In this document: positions 51,341-63,694 of the stretch, piece after piece
Position numbering within the stretch: the first letter of the stretch is position 1
How the letters are laid out: the number at the start of each line of letters is the position of its first letter
Source of the DNA: Octopus vulgaris
Taxonomy: Eukaryota
Assembly: GCA_951406725.2 (NCBI GenBank)
Contig: OX597822.1
Location: 42,594,001-42,658,000 of the forward strand
DNA: 64,000 nt
Direction of reading: 5' to 3'
Translations under genes and position numbers: made by a program
Notes under the pieces: generated by a model
Seen by the model: only the letters and a program-made list of their open reading frames with translations
Told to the model about the DNA's origin: nothing
Database searches by the model: none

Positions 51341-54184
51341 TACACACATATACATAGGTGTGGGTGGGCAGAGGCAGGTATACAGTTGCTTAGCATGAGT
51401 GGAATGTTCTTTTCATATCCTAAAAAGGAAATAGAGAAATGCAAAGAACATTCCACTCATATTAACCAATTGTATACCTACTTTTATGCACTTCTGTGTG
51501 TGTGTATGTGTGATTGTAAATAAATTTACCTGTGTATGTGTACTAAACATACATCTGACCTCAATGTGTACATAAATGTTCTGGTCAAACCACAGGGCAT
51601 AGATTCACCTGATTTTTGATGGTTTTTTTCTTGTAATGTATCCCCACAATTTACTAAAATTTCCTCAGCTGTCTGCCCTCACTAAACAAGCTTATGATGT
51701 TCAAAAGCATTCCAGATGTGACAATCTCATCTTTCATTTTAAGGATAGTACAGGGAGATTTAACATCTATTTTTAGTGGGTTGACTAATTCCATAAAGAC
51801 TTCCTTGTTGACTGTTACTACATGACAGGTCAATTTTGATTAAGCAGATTTGTGATCAAAAGGCATTCCAACTGCAATGATCTTGTCGTTTCTCAGGCAC
51901 AATATATCTAGGACTACATTATTCAATGTGTCCTTCCCTTTTTTCAAAGGTGGTAGGATGCACATGATTTCAAGAAAACCTGTTGGCTGTTTCTAGGGTC
52001 TCCCATGCTGGCCTGTGGTTGTAGGTAGTTTTAGTTCAGAGAGGGAGGTTCTGACATTCTGTTGGTTATGACGAGGGTTCCAGTTGATCCGAAAAACAGA
52101 ACAGCCTGATTGTGAAATTAATGTACAAGTGGCTGAGCGCTCCAGACATGCATATCCTTAACATACTTCTCAGGGAGATTCAGTGTGACATGGAATATGA
52201 CAAGGCTGGCCCTTTCGAATTACAGGTACAGCATGAAATAAAATGTCTTGCTCAAGGACACAACACACCACTAGGAATTGAACTCACCAACTTACAATTG
52301 TGAGTCAATTACTCGAACCACTAAGCTACGCATCTTCACCGAGAGGGAGACAGATGCTGGTTAAACAACTTCCTCTTCCTCCTCCTCCTTGACAAGCTTT
52401 GCCAAAAAGCTCCATCTGATCTGACCCCAATATTGAAGAGAAGGAACACACACAAACAAACAAGCAAATAGGCAGGAAACCGAGTAATCAAAAGCTACAT
52501 TCTGCCCGTCCTTCCTGCTTTGGAATATTTTGGCAATATATCAAGCTGTACACTTAGCCATCTACTTTTTGGCTGGTATAGTAGGCCTGACATACCAAAG
52601 AATTACCAGCTTATTATGAGTTACCATCATCATCATTATCCTTGCTGGTTGTGGAGTACCTCAACTCCACCCACCAAGCCCATTTTGTGCTGTATTTTCT
52701 TTTCGACCAGCGATCTGATTTTGTAATATATGTGTTTCTGAATCGCATATATATATTCTAGTTCACAATATAAACTACCACACCAATTTACAGCAATGGT
52801 TATCAACTAGGTTTTTCTTACGGACCCCTTTGATCCCTATTTATACTAGTCATTCAATATTTAAAAAATCTTTATGTATTTTTAATGATTAAATATTATT
52901 AGGCACTGTATTCAAAAATTGTTAAAATATTTTGTGTATCGTACAAGTATAACCAATTTATTAGTTACAAATTTTAACAAAATCTTACATGGACCCCAGA
53001 TGAGAACCCCTGATCTATAGCACAGATATTACTGGTGATTCCTGTGATACAAAACAAATATTGTATTCAGTCAGTACCACAGCAGTTACCAGCATTTCAT
53101 ATGCTAAAAAGTGCTAAAAATATCCATTATACTTCAATTTACGGATGTTTTAAAAGATATTTATTTATGAATTTTTGCTACAGATTATATTATATAAGCT
53201 TTAATAGCTTCTTTGTTACAAAAACTACTTTATAGAGAGCAGCATTCTAATAATGGAGATGACAGGGACTCACACCCTTCTGATATCCACGTTCTGTACA
53301 TTCCCTAAAATTTGAATAGTTTGAACTATAGTAAATCTGGGGCTCCATATAAAAAACATCACCAGTGACTCCTATGATGTGCAAAGGATATAGCTTGGGG
53401 AGTCATCAGTGACTCTCATGGTAGGTGAAGAGTTAATCTTATAGCATGATATTGCTAATTGCCTAAGTTTTCTATCAGTTTATCTGTGAGGCTCAATTTC
53501 TTTGGTTCTAATCAAGAATTTTCCTTCTGTTTTCATCAATCTTTTTCCCTGCCACAGGCATCTCTGTCACCACCCCATAGCATGTTTTCTCCCATCCTTC
53601 AATCATATCAGTTCAGCTGCTCCCTCTCTCTCTCTCAGCCCTTCACTGTCTTTCACACATAAACATTACACATTCAACAGACCACACACAACTAATTCCT
53701 CACCAGCATCCCTAATACATCTTGTGATGATCTTGATATCAAGCCATTACCGTTCTGTCTCAACAGTACACAACTGTCAGATCATACTTGACTCACTTCT
53801 CTCCAGCTTCCACAGATCTTAGGGGTCTTTCATTGTGTCTTGGGGAGTAGGACACTTCAATTTTACATGCCTCGAGTCAGAAGCAAGTTCTCAGGAATAA
53901 GAACCAGGTTATCTAGGCAGACTGGCAGCTTATTCAGGGAGGAAGGGAAGGGTGCTTAATACCACCAAAACCATAGCTACACACAAGCCCTTATGAAAAG
54001 GGAAGTTTCAAGAAATGGGCAGGAGAGCTTCAGTGACATTTTCATTTACCCACTCTCCCAAAACAGATCTGCTGAACTTCTGGCACACAGCAACAGAAAG
54101 TGGGGGGAAGGGGACGAGGGTGTCAAAAGTAAAAAAATTGTCTAGCGCTAGAGCAGAGTTTGTATAGCAGTAGTTCCTACTTAC

Positions 54185-54296
54185 CATTTCCAGAGCAAGT
54201 TTGTGGCCCTTTAGTGCCGCGTAGTGTACAGCGTTGTAACCATTGCGGTCCCGTAGACCAGGCTTGGCTTCATATTTCAATAATAGTTCCACAACT
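54185..54296 (-). CDS. ANKRD28: ANKRD28-like exon F: (K)VVELLLKYEAKPGLRDRNGYNAVHYAALKGHKLALEM
   Basis: Acceptor cacag and donor gtaagt; 112 nt, phase 2->0. Matches the family segment PGIRDKQGYNAVHY. Confidence 0.94.
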
Positions 54297-54744
54297 CTGT
54301 GTGAAGGATTAAAAAATTATCACGGATTAGCTACAAATAGATTCAACTGCCAATAGTTTCAATGCAAAATAACAGCAGACGTTTTTCTAACAAAAAAACA
54401 GAAAAGCTTCATTAACAAGAATAGCAGATGTTCTTCAGTGTAACCAATAAAAAATGGCCACTACCAAAACAACAGACACAATGTTCAAATCCCATCAGAG
54501 GCTTTGTTACTGTATTTTTGTCTCAAAGTCTAAGAACATTTACATTAGTTTATATACTTCAATATGCATGTAGCTGTATGTCTAATATAGTTGTACGTAC
54601 ATGTGTCATGTGCGTATGTAGCTGTGTGTCTATGGTTTCGTGTTTATGATTTTATGTGCATGTTTAAGTATGTAATTTTACATGTGTATGCAAGTTTTTA
54701 AGGTTATGTCTTTATAAACAATTATATATATATATATATATACA

Positions 54745-55500
54745 TACGTGGTCTGATCAATAAGTATCCGGACAGTTGCCGTAGTAATGAAGCTAAAGCA
54801 TGCAGAGTGAAGCCACTTGGCACAGATTGACCCTCAACTCTGCTGTGCATGCACATTAAGTTTTAACATACTAGCTCACTTCTGCTGTTTACAGCAGTGC
54901 TTGGATGGAAGATGTGTAGTGTGTGATTGTCACATCGACCGTGACGGGAAGTTGAGCAGAGAATCTGCATCAAATTTTGCTCAAAACTTGATGATACCTG
55001 CTGAGAGGTGTATGTGAAGTTTGCAAAAGGTTTTCAATTGTTCTTGACACAATCAAGGAGATATTGTGAAACTGAAACCCGAGTGTGTTTTTGGTCAGCT
55101 GAAAGCAGTTCTGGCACAAATTTGGCAGATGCACATCCCATACCCAAATCTTCAGTGATAATGGACTGAACTGAGCCATAACTAATCTGCACATCCTCTG
55201 TTAACTCACAGATGGTGATTCAACGATTTCCCCTCACAGCTGCATGCACATCTGTGATGTTTTTCTCAGTTCTGCTGGTTGCAGGTCTCCCAGAACGTTT
55301 GTCAATATCGACAAATGAAACAAAATATCGACAAATGAAAAAAAATAGCACTCAGCACGTTGTAACAGTTACATACAGTCTGACTGAACTCCACATGACA
55401 AAGTTTCATGAGTGTGTTGGACATGTCCATGGGTGTGTAGGACGTATCATTGGAAGCTAAGAGCAGACTGTTTCTAGCATCTGATGGTAGGGACACGCCC
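54745..55500. mobile_element. Rearranged mariner relic
   Basis: TIR-like TACGTGGTCTGATCAATAAGTATCCGGAC. EQRICIKFC on plus, then RSGRPATSRT...EDLGMGCASAKFVPELL on minus. Confidence 0.75.
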
Positions 55501-55602
55501 TACACGCACATGAAACTAAGTCATGTGGAGTGGATCAAAACATTATATACATGAACACACACACATAGAGAGAGAGAGAGAGAAAGTGTGAAGGAAACGT
55601 AC

Positions 55603-55743
55603 TTGGCATCAACATCAGCAGCAGAAGCAAAATGTAGGGCTGTGCAACCTTGCTTGTCTTGGAGGTTGATATCAACGCCTGCATTAATAAGAGCCATCAC
55701 ACACTGTTGGTGAACATGTGCTGCAGCATAATGGAGAGCCGTC
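55603..55743 (-). CDS. ANKRD28: ANKRD28-like exon E: (R)TALHYAAAHVHQQCVMALINAGVDINLQDKQGCTALHFASAADVDA(K)
   Basis: Acceptor gacag and donor gtacgt; 141 nt, phase 2->2. Confidence 0.94.
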
Positions 55744-55939
55744 CTGTCAACAGAAAACAAACGATTACATAAAACAGTAACAACAACATACATGTTAAGA
55801 TATATGTGTAAAAAGGTTGAATTTAGATTTGTCCTTTAATTTGGAGGTTTCCCAAAATAGAGATTTCTAATACTGATTCGTCATATTTTGCTGGTAGCTT
55901 ACAGGCATAAATTTGTAAATATGAAAATAATACTTGTAT

Positions 55940-56395
55940 ATGGTGTGTTGTGAATTTATGGAAAGAAATCCCATAAAACTCAACAATTTTGTCAAAAAAT
56001 GGAGGGAACGTCTCTCAAACCTCTTTTACTTATATTTTTAAACAACCATTACAGCTTTAGTTTTAGTTAATACCTAATTGGAATCACATCTCTTTTTCTT
56101 TTTCATAAGGATAAATACGAACCTCCCTAGATCCTATTCCACTATTTGCTTTCTCAAGTTCTTTGTAAAAATTTTGCTTATACCTCTTGCACTGAAGAGT
56201 AAAGTGATATATAATTAATTTAATTTAATTTAATTAATTCTGTTCAACCATTAATTTGCATGATTTTTATATCGCTGTATGAAACGATCGTCTGCTTGAA
56301 TTACAATTCTCTTATATATTTTAACATCTCTTCTCCATTTTAACAAAACTGTTGAGTTTTATAGGATTTCTTTCCATAAATTCACAACACACTAT
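55940..56395. mobile_element. Fold-back element (~70-bp arms) enclosing an intact hammerhead
   Basis: GTGTTGTGAATTTATGGAAAGAAATCC.ATAAAACTCAACA / TGTTGAGTTTTATAGGATTTCTTTCCATAAATTCACAACAC. Confidence 0.8.
56189..56295 (+). ncRNA. Type-I hammerhead ribozyme with intact catalytic core
   Basis: gca-CTGAAGA-gtaaagtgatata...tatatcgctgtat-GAAAC-gatc-GTC-tgc. Stem I 3 bp, stem II 12 of 13 paired, palindromic stem III ACGATCGT, predicted cleavage after C56292. Confidence 0.75.
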
Positions 56396-57132
56396 GTTAA
56401 TATATACAGATTAGACAATCAGCATGGGCAGTTGATGATTATAAAGTCTAGTAACTGATGGGAGATTGCTGTTAGACACTAAATCATCATTCTAATGTCC
56501 ACTTTTCCATGCTTGCATGGATTGGGCAGAATTTGTTGAGGCAGGTTTTCTATAGCTGAATGCCCTTTCTGCTCCCAACCCTTACCTGTTTCTAAGAGTA
56601 TAATTTCCTTATAACCAAACATGCTTTTCATGGAAAAATTGAGTCGAACAACATCACTTGTATGATGGTGATGCTTGTTTGCAATCGTTATGTCAAGACA
56701 AGGGTGCACACACACACACACACGCATGTTAATACACACACAGACACAACAGGCTACTTTCATTTTCTGTCTGCCAAAAACACTCATAAGACTTTGGTCA
56801 CCTGAGGGTATAGTAGAAGGCACTTCGAGCATAGTGGGACTGAACCCATGATCAAATGATTGGGAAGCAAGCCTTTTGACCACACAACCATGCCTATATA
56901 TATATATATATATTCTTTTATTTGTTTCAGTCATTTGACTGCAGCCATGCTGGAGCACCGCTTTTAGTCATGCAAATTGACCCCAGGATTTATTCTTTGT
57001 AAGCCTAGTACTTATTTCTATCAGTCTTTTTTGCCAAACTGCTAAGTTACGGGGACATAAAGACACCAGCATCAGTTGTCAAGCGATGTTGAGGATACAA
57101 ACACAGACATACAAACATATACACACACACAT

Positions 57133-57164
<32 letters not shown>

Positions 57165-57628
57165 CATACAATGGACTTCTTCCAGTTTCTGTCTACCAAA
57201 TCCATTCATAAGGCTTTGGTCAGCCTAAGGCTATAGTAGAAGACACTTGTCCAAGGTGCCACACAGTGGGATTGAACCTGGAACCATGTGGTTGGTAAGC
57301 CTATATATATCTATACACACTAATATGTGTATGAGCCTTATGCATATATGAATCAGCAAAAGATGTAAACATTTGAATTTTCCCTACTCTTGTCCACGCC
57401 AACAAAAGACCGCTTATCTGGCACTTTTGAACAAAAATACCTTTGTGGTATTTCTTCCGCCCGAGTCACACAGAGACTTCCTTACCACTGTCATCCTAGA
57501 AAATACAGTGGACCATGGACTGGCGCATTGGAAACCCATGACGAACGATGTTATTGTTCACAAAATGCAATGTGAATAAGTGTACAGTGAGAGAGAGAAA
57601 GAGAGAGAGATTGTGTGTGCATTCTTAC

Positions 57629-57697
57629 CTGCCTTCATTGTCCAAAGTCATTTCATTGGCACCGTATGACAGCAACAACTCAACACAGTCAACATTA
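57629..57697 (-). CDS. ANKRD28: ANKRD28-like exon D: (G)NVDCVELLLSYGANEMTLDNEG(R)
   Basis: Acceptor ctttgcag and donor AG|gtaaga; 69 nt, phase 2->2; continues the ankyrin frame. Confidence 0.92.
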
Positions 57698-57929
57698 CTG
57701 CAAAGAGAATAGAACAATATGGGGGTGGAGTAAGTGATTTGGTGAGGGTGGAATAGTAGAGGGGGCGGGGCAGAGGGGCAAGTGAGGGTGAAAGAGCAAG
57801 GAATTAGGTGCTGTGTGGAAGAGAGACCATTGTAGTTTTAGTCAAATAAAAACCAGAGAGAGACAGTTTAACCAATAAGCATTAAATATTGGTGGTCAAA
57901 ATCACATCCACACACCTATACTCACATGC

Positions 57930-58415
57930 ATTCACTTTGGTCACTCCCTGACCACATTTATACCCACTTAGTCACTTGTTGACCACATCCATATCCACCC
58001 ACACTGGTCACTTCTTGACCACTCACTGACCACACAAATACTCCCCAATTTGGTCACTCACTGATCATACATACCCACACACACCCAGATTTGGTCACTC
58101 ATTGACCACCTCCACCCACCACTCACTTTGGCTCTCCCTCACTGATCACGCCCATACCCTCCACTTTGGTCACTCATTCACCACATCCATAACCATCCAC
58201 TTCAGTCACTGATCCCCACCCTCTCATACTTTGGTCACTTACTGACCACACATACCACCTCCACCCAGATTTGGTCATTCATTGACCACCCCACCCACTT
58301 TGCCCCCTCTCACTGCCCACGCCCATACCCCCCACTTTGGTCACTAACCACAAATGCCTACTTCAGTCATTTACTGAGCAGGCACAAACACTCCAGCCAC
58401 TGACCATTGATCACT
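57930..58415. repeat. Degenerate minisatellite (TTTGGTCACTCACTGACCAC-type) filling most of intron C-D
   Basis: More than 10 imperfect copies. Confidence 0.75.
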
Positions 58416-58418
58416 TAC

Positions 58419-58571
58419 CCGCTAACAGCAGCAGCATGTAGACAAGTCCGGCCGCAATCGTCTGGCATATTGATATCGAAGTCAGCCATATGATTAAACA
58501 ATTTCTTCACACAGTCCACATAACCATTGAGGGCAGCTACATGTATAGGGACCATACCATTACAGCCAGGC
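58419..58571 (-). CDS. ANKRD28: ANKRD28-like exon C: (M)PGCNGMVPIHVAALNGYVDCVKKLFNHMADFDINMPDDCGRTCLHAAAVS(G)
   Basis: Acceptor ctcag and donor gtaagt; 153 nt, phase 2->2. Not in the ORF track; translated by hand. Matches the family segment GFDIDTPDDFGRTCLHAAA. Confidence 0.93.
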
Positions 58572-58669
58572 CTGAGTGGACGTCACCGACAGAAAGAAAA
58601 AGAGAGAGAAGAGATCAAGTTAGAGACAATAGTATCATCATCATTGTCAATGATGTTAGAATAAACAGT

Positions 58670-59240
58670 TGATTGGTGGTGGTGATGGCAGTGGTGGTGG
58701 TAGTACTAGCAGTGATATTAACGAGGATTCTTTAATGGCAATAATATTGGATAAAGGTCGTGATAACGATGGTGGTCCCAATGGTAGCAGTAGCAACAAA
58801 GGTGGTGGTAGTGGAAGTGATGGTGGGGGTAGTAGTGATGTTGCTTGTGATGGTGATAGTTATGGTGATGGTGATAGTTATGGTGATGGTGGTGGTGATG
58901 GTGTTGGTGGGAGTGATGGTGTTGGTGGTAGTGATGGTAGTGGTGATAGTGATGGTGATGGTGGTGGTGGTAGTGATGGTAGAGGTGATGGTGTTGGTGG
59001 TAGTGATGGTGTTGGTGGTAGTGATGGTGTTGGTGGTAGTGATGGTGTTGGTGGTAGTGATGGTGGTGGTGGTAGTGATGGTGGTGGTAGTGGTGATAGT
59101 GATGGTGATAGCGATGGTGGTGGTAATGGTGGTGGTGGTGGTGATAGTGATGGTGGTGGTGGTAGTGATGGTGTTGGTGGCAGTGCGGGTGGTGGTGATA
59201 GTGATGGTGGTGGTGATGAGGACAGAAACGGTGATGATGG
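58670..59240. repeat. Cryptic (GGT/GAT)n trinucleotide repeat
   Basis: Low-complexity triplet tract; gives poly-Gly, poly-His and poly-Val pseudo-ORFs. Confidence 0.9.
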
Positions 59241-59745
59241 TAATCAGGATAATAACGGTGTATATGTATGTAAATGTAATAGATTGAGTGTGTATCCCAG
59301 TTTTTTAAAATAGGGGCTACCCTATCCCAGTGTGTCAAGTATTTTTGTCAAGAAGGGGATCTGGCTGTAAAATACAGCCTTAAAAGTCTCCATCCAATCC
59401 ATGTTACCATGCAAAGGAGGCTGTGGAAATGATGACAATGATGATGGTTTGACATTCAATAAATATATGTTTGCATACACTCAGCGGGGGGAGAGAGAGA
59501 GAGAGAAAGATATTAAACTTTCACAAGAAGAGAAATGACAATGACTTCGATGTTTGATAGCTTTCGGCCAACTGTTTGAAAAAGGCTAACAAGCTGAAAC
59601 TTCGAACTTACTGTTAACCCATTTCTTGTAAAAGTTTCATAAAAATATAATCTACAAAAAGTATTGAGTTTAATGTTAAGTTGTTTTTATCATAACTTGA
59701 CCCAAGGGCAAACAATATACATGTGTGTGTGCGTGCGCATGTGTG

Positions 59746-59776
<31 letters not shown>

Positions 59777-59944
59777 ATATATGTAGATGTGGTTGTGTTG
59801 TATGAAGTTTGCTTCCCAACCACATGGCTCTGGATTCAGTCCCACTACATGCCACATTGGGCAAGGGTGCTCTACTATGCCCTTCGCCTGTCCAAAGCCT
59901 TACGAGTGGATTTGGCAGATAGAAACTGAAAGAAACCTGTTCTG

Positions 59945-60013
59945 TGTGTATGCATTCATGCATGCATGTATGTGTGTGTATGCATTTGTGTGTATGCATG
60001 CATGTATGCATGT

Positions 60014-60044
<31 letters not shown>

Positions 60045-60330
60045 CATGCTTGTGTATATGTATACATGTGTGCATGTATGTGTATGTATGCATGTATGTG
60101 TGTATATGTATGCATGTATGTGTGTATATGTATTCATGTATGTGTGTGTATATGTACGCATGTGTGTGTATGTATGCATGTATATGTATTCATATGTATG
60201 TGTGCATGTATATATATATGCATGCATGCGTGTATGCATGTGTGTATACATGTATGTGTGTGTGTGTGTGCATGTGTGTGTACACATGTATGCATGCATG
60301 AATAATGTGCGTGTGTGTGTATGTGTAGGT
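59945..60330. repeat. (TG)/(TATG)/(TGCA) compound microsatellite inside a plus-strand SINE family C copy (59780-60490)
   Basis: SINE head and tail flank the expanded tract. Confidence 0.8.
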
Positions 60331-60554
60331 ATGTTTATGTCCCTGTAACTTAATGGTGCAGCAAGAGAGACCAGGCTTTTGAAAATAAGAAAAGAAAGAA
60401 AGAGTTCTGGGGTCGATTCATTTAACTAAAATTCTTCAAGACAGTGCCCCAGCATGGCCACAGCCTAATGACTAAAACAAACAAAAAGATACACACACAC
60501 TCATATGTGCATGTGCATGTGTGTGTGTTATATAAATTAGTATGTATTACTTAC

Positions 60555-60669
60555 ATGTAAGAATTAGCTCCATTTTCCAGTAATGTATTAATCATCAGTT
60601 CATGACCATATCTTGCAGCAATGTGCAGCGGAGTGTTACCGTATTTATCACACGCATCTATCTCGCAAC
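60555..60669 (-). CDS. ANKRD28: ANKRD28-like exon B: (G)[37 protein letters not shown](M)
   Basis: Acceptor atacag and donor gtaagt; 115 nt, phase 1->2. Ankyrin consensus [15 protein letters not shown]. Confidence 0.95.
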
Positions 60670-61579
60670 CTGTATAAATAGAAAGCAGAAAATATAGGCT
60701 CAAATTACATTCAAATGTCATCTGCTGCCACCTCTTGTTCTTGTCTGTCTGTGTGTCGTTACATGTGTGTATGAGTGTGTGTGTATTTGTGTGTGTACAT
60801 GTGCACATCTATAATGCATGCATATTCTAATACATTTAATATATATTATATGCCATATTTTCTGGCATACAAATTGAATTTTCCAGGTCAAGGTTTACAG
60901 CCAAAAAAAGTAGGTTGACTTTTACACCAAGGTGACCTTGGGGGACCAAAAGTTTCCATGGGAATCGTAGCAGGATTTGGAAGGATAGTATGTAGTGTAA
61001 ACATTTCAACATCATCCCTATGACAACCTGTATGCTGGAAAAACTGTCACCTACAAGTGATAATTTGGTAACCTGTATCATGCTTTCAGTAATGGGTTTT
61101 AGGTGCTTATGTACTCTTGAGCAGACAGAGACACCTCAACTTTCCCATCCTTGACCTACTGAAACATGGAGGATATGACGGCTGGAAGGAGAGATCATGG
61201 CCCCAGCGCTTGGTGGTTCCTCTTCTTAGATGAATAGACTAGAGCAATGTGAAATCAAGTACCTTGCCTAAGGATACAACATACTGCTCAGTCCAGGAAT
61301 TGAACCCACAACTTCAAGAGTGTGAGCCTAATGCCCTAACAACCAAGCCACATATCTTCACACACAATTAGTATATAAATGATATACATGTATATATACT
61401 CATCTATATATGCAAATATGTATGTACATAAACATGTACCTAGAGAGGTGTGTATTGTGTATGAGTGGGGGTGCAGATGTGTGTCTGTGTGTGTGTGTAT
61501 GTGTTTGTGACAAATACATATTTGATCCTCTGAAGAGGAGGTGGTGGTAAAACAAATGAATAAAAATGCCAAACTTCAA

Positions 61580-61975
61580 TTTGGTTTTCATACCTATCCT
61601 CACCTATGGCCATGAATGTTGGATAATGACCGAAAGTGTATGATTGCAGATACAAGTGGCTGAAATGGGGTTCCTCCGAAAGATCTCTGAAGCAACATTA
61701 CTTGACATGTATAGCTCAGAGATCAAGGAGTCTCTCCTCAGGCTGAGTTTCTACTTGATCAGAATATAGCAAGAGAGAATCACAAGACTGATTCTTCAAT
61801 CCAAGCCAACTGGTAGGAGACCAGTGGGTGGACCAAGAATGAGGTGGTTGGACAATGTCCCATAGTCTCAATTGGTCACATTTGGGAATTCAACCAGAAC
61901 GGTCATGACGGATGTTTCTGATTGGACCTTATGGCGGAGGTGCCTGGGGAGTCTACCATTACGACCCTGCCAGAA
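61580..61975 (+). mobile_element. RTE-like LINE 3' fragment
   Basis: VFIPILTYGHECWIMT...QVAEMGFLRKIS and GRRPVGGPRMRWLD are typical RTE C-terminal motifs. Confidence 0.7.
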
Positions 61976-63208
61976 ATAGTAGATTGATATTTGTGTACAT
62001 AAACAAACACACTATGAATGCAGATGTGTGCATGTGTGTACATAGATGCATGTTTGCAAGTGTATATATACACATGCGTATATATGAAGTACGATATATA
62101 TGCAGTATGTTAGTGTAAACATGCTAGTAAGTGTGTATATCAGCACAAATATATTACACACACACACATTCATACACAAAATTTAAACCAAAACAAACAT
62201 TATGTTAATAATTAGCATGCTTCTAAATTTATGTGTGTATTTCAAAGTACGTTTATATATACGTCTGCAGATGTATATATGTGTATGTATATTTGTTTCC
62301 TTGTTTTACTTGAGTTTTTCTATGCTATAATGAGTTGGATAAATACTTATTGAAGATTTACTTTTTAGCCAGATGCCTTTCCTGTTGTTAACCCTTATTT
62401 GTTTTTCAGATAAAGTATTTTTTTTTCTATTGCATTAGTCTTCAAAAGTACAAATCTAGAGCATGACTTGTTAAAGTATGTCAACATGACATAACATCAC
62501 TTTGCTGAAATAGTTTCACAGAAACATTCATATACACATATGATAGTCTTCCATACAATTTCTGCCTACCAATTCCATTTGCAAGACATTGGCAGCGAGA
62601 GACTCAAGATACCACACTGAGAACTCAAAATCATGTTATGAAGTGCACGCCACGTTTACACAGCCATGTCTGTACCAATACATGCATATACACACAATGG
62701 GCAATTTTCAGTTTCTGTCTACCAAATCCACATACAAGACTTTGATCAGCCCAGGGTTATGGTAGAAGACATTGCTCAAGGTGTCATGTAGTAGAACTGA
62801 ACCTGAAACAATTATGGCTGGGAAGCAAATTTCTTAACCACGCAGCCATACTTGCATCTACATGCATACATCTTAAGTTATGTTTTACTTTTCAATACTG
62901 ACTGATCCCATTGCTCTCAAAAATGAGAAGGTCAGAGGGTCTTTAGAAATAGTCAGTTAGGTCTTTAACAAAAAAACAAGGGATGCCCCATAATTCAGGA
63001 ACCTCTGCATGGTCACTCATGTCCACAATAGGACATTTCTTGCTGAAGCAAACAAGGGAGCCTCCATGCATCACTCACCAACCATATACTATACCATCAT
63101 AGGGTCCTGCCAATCACACACACACAGTACCATTGTAGATTTCCTCAATCAAGAATCATTTGGGGGTAAGACAAAAACAATGAACCAACCAAAAGAGGAT
63201 CTGCTCAC

Positions 63209-63287
63209 CATACTCAATTAAGGTCTGTGCCCGAGTAAATCTGCCATGAAGGGCAGTCATATGAAGAGGGGTACGGCCATCTTGGCA
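63209..63287 (-). CDS. ANKRD28: Ankyrin-repeat PP6 regulatory subunit (ANKRD28/44/52 family), internal exon A: [26 protein letters not shown](G)
   Basis: Acceptor tttcag and donor G|gtgagc; 79 nt, phase 0->1. Closely matches vertebrate ANKRD28 [25 protein letters not shown] as I recall it. Assignment among ANKRD28/44/52 is not resolvable here. Confidence 0.93.
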
Positions 63288-63694
63288 CTGAAATGGAGAA
63301 AGGCAACAAGCGAAAAAAAAAAAAAAGAAAAAAGAAACCATTAATGTGTGAAGAAAAAGGCATGTGAAGGTCAGTGGCACAAGAGAGGGAGAGAGAGAAA
63401 GAAAATAAGAGAAAACAGAAAATGGGCATAAAAACATTATTATGAATATCAACAACAGTAATATGAAAAATTTAATTATAAAGAGCAGGGATAAAATTAT
63501 CTCAGCATTGTAACTAGATAGCTGAATATAGTGGTGGTTACTGTGAAAGTGGATACAGAAGGGGTTATTTCAGGGAAGTACTGCCCGTAGGGTCTATTTT
63601 GGTGAAAGTACAAACAGGAGCTGTTTTGGTAATGATACTGCTTGTAGGAACTATTTTGATGTGCCTGTAGGAGCTGTTTTGTTGAGAATACAAA

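Noticed and set aside
58669-59338. Gly-rich (214 aa), His-rich (206 aa) and Val/Met-rich (175 aa) ORFs
   Set aside because: All are readings of one (GGT/GAT)n tract inside intron B-C; open in several frames because of low complexity.
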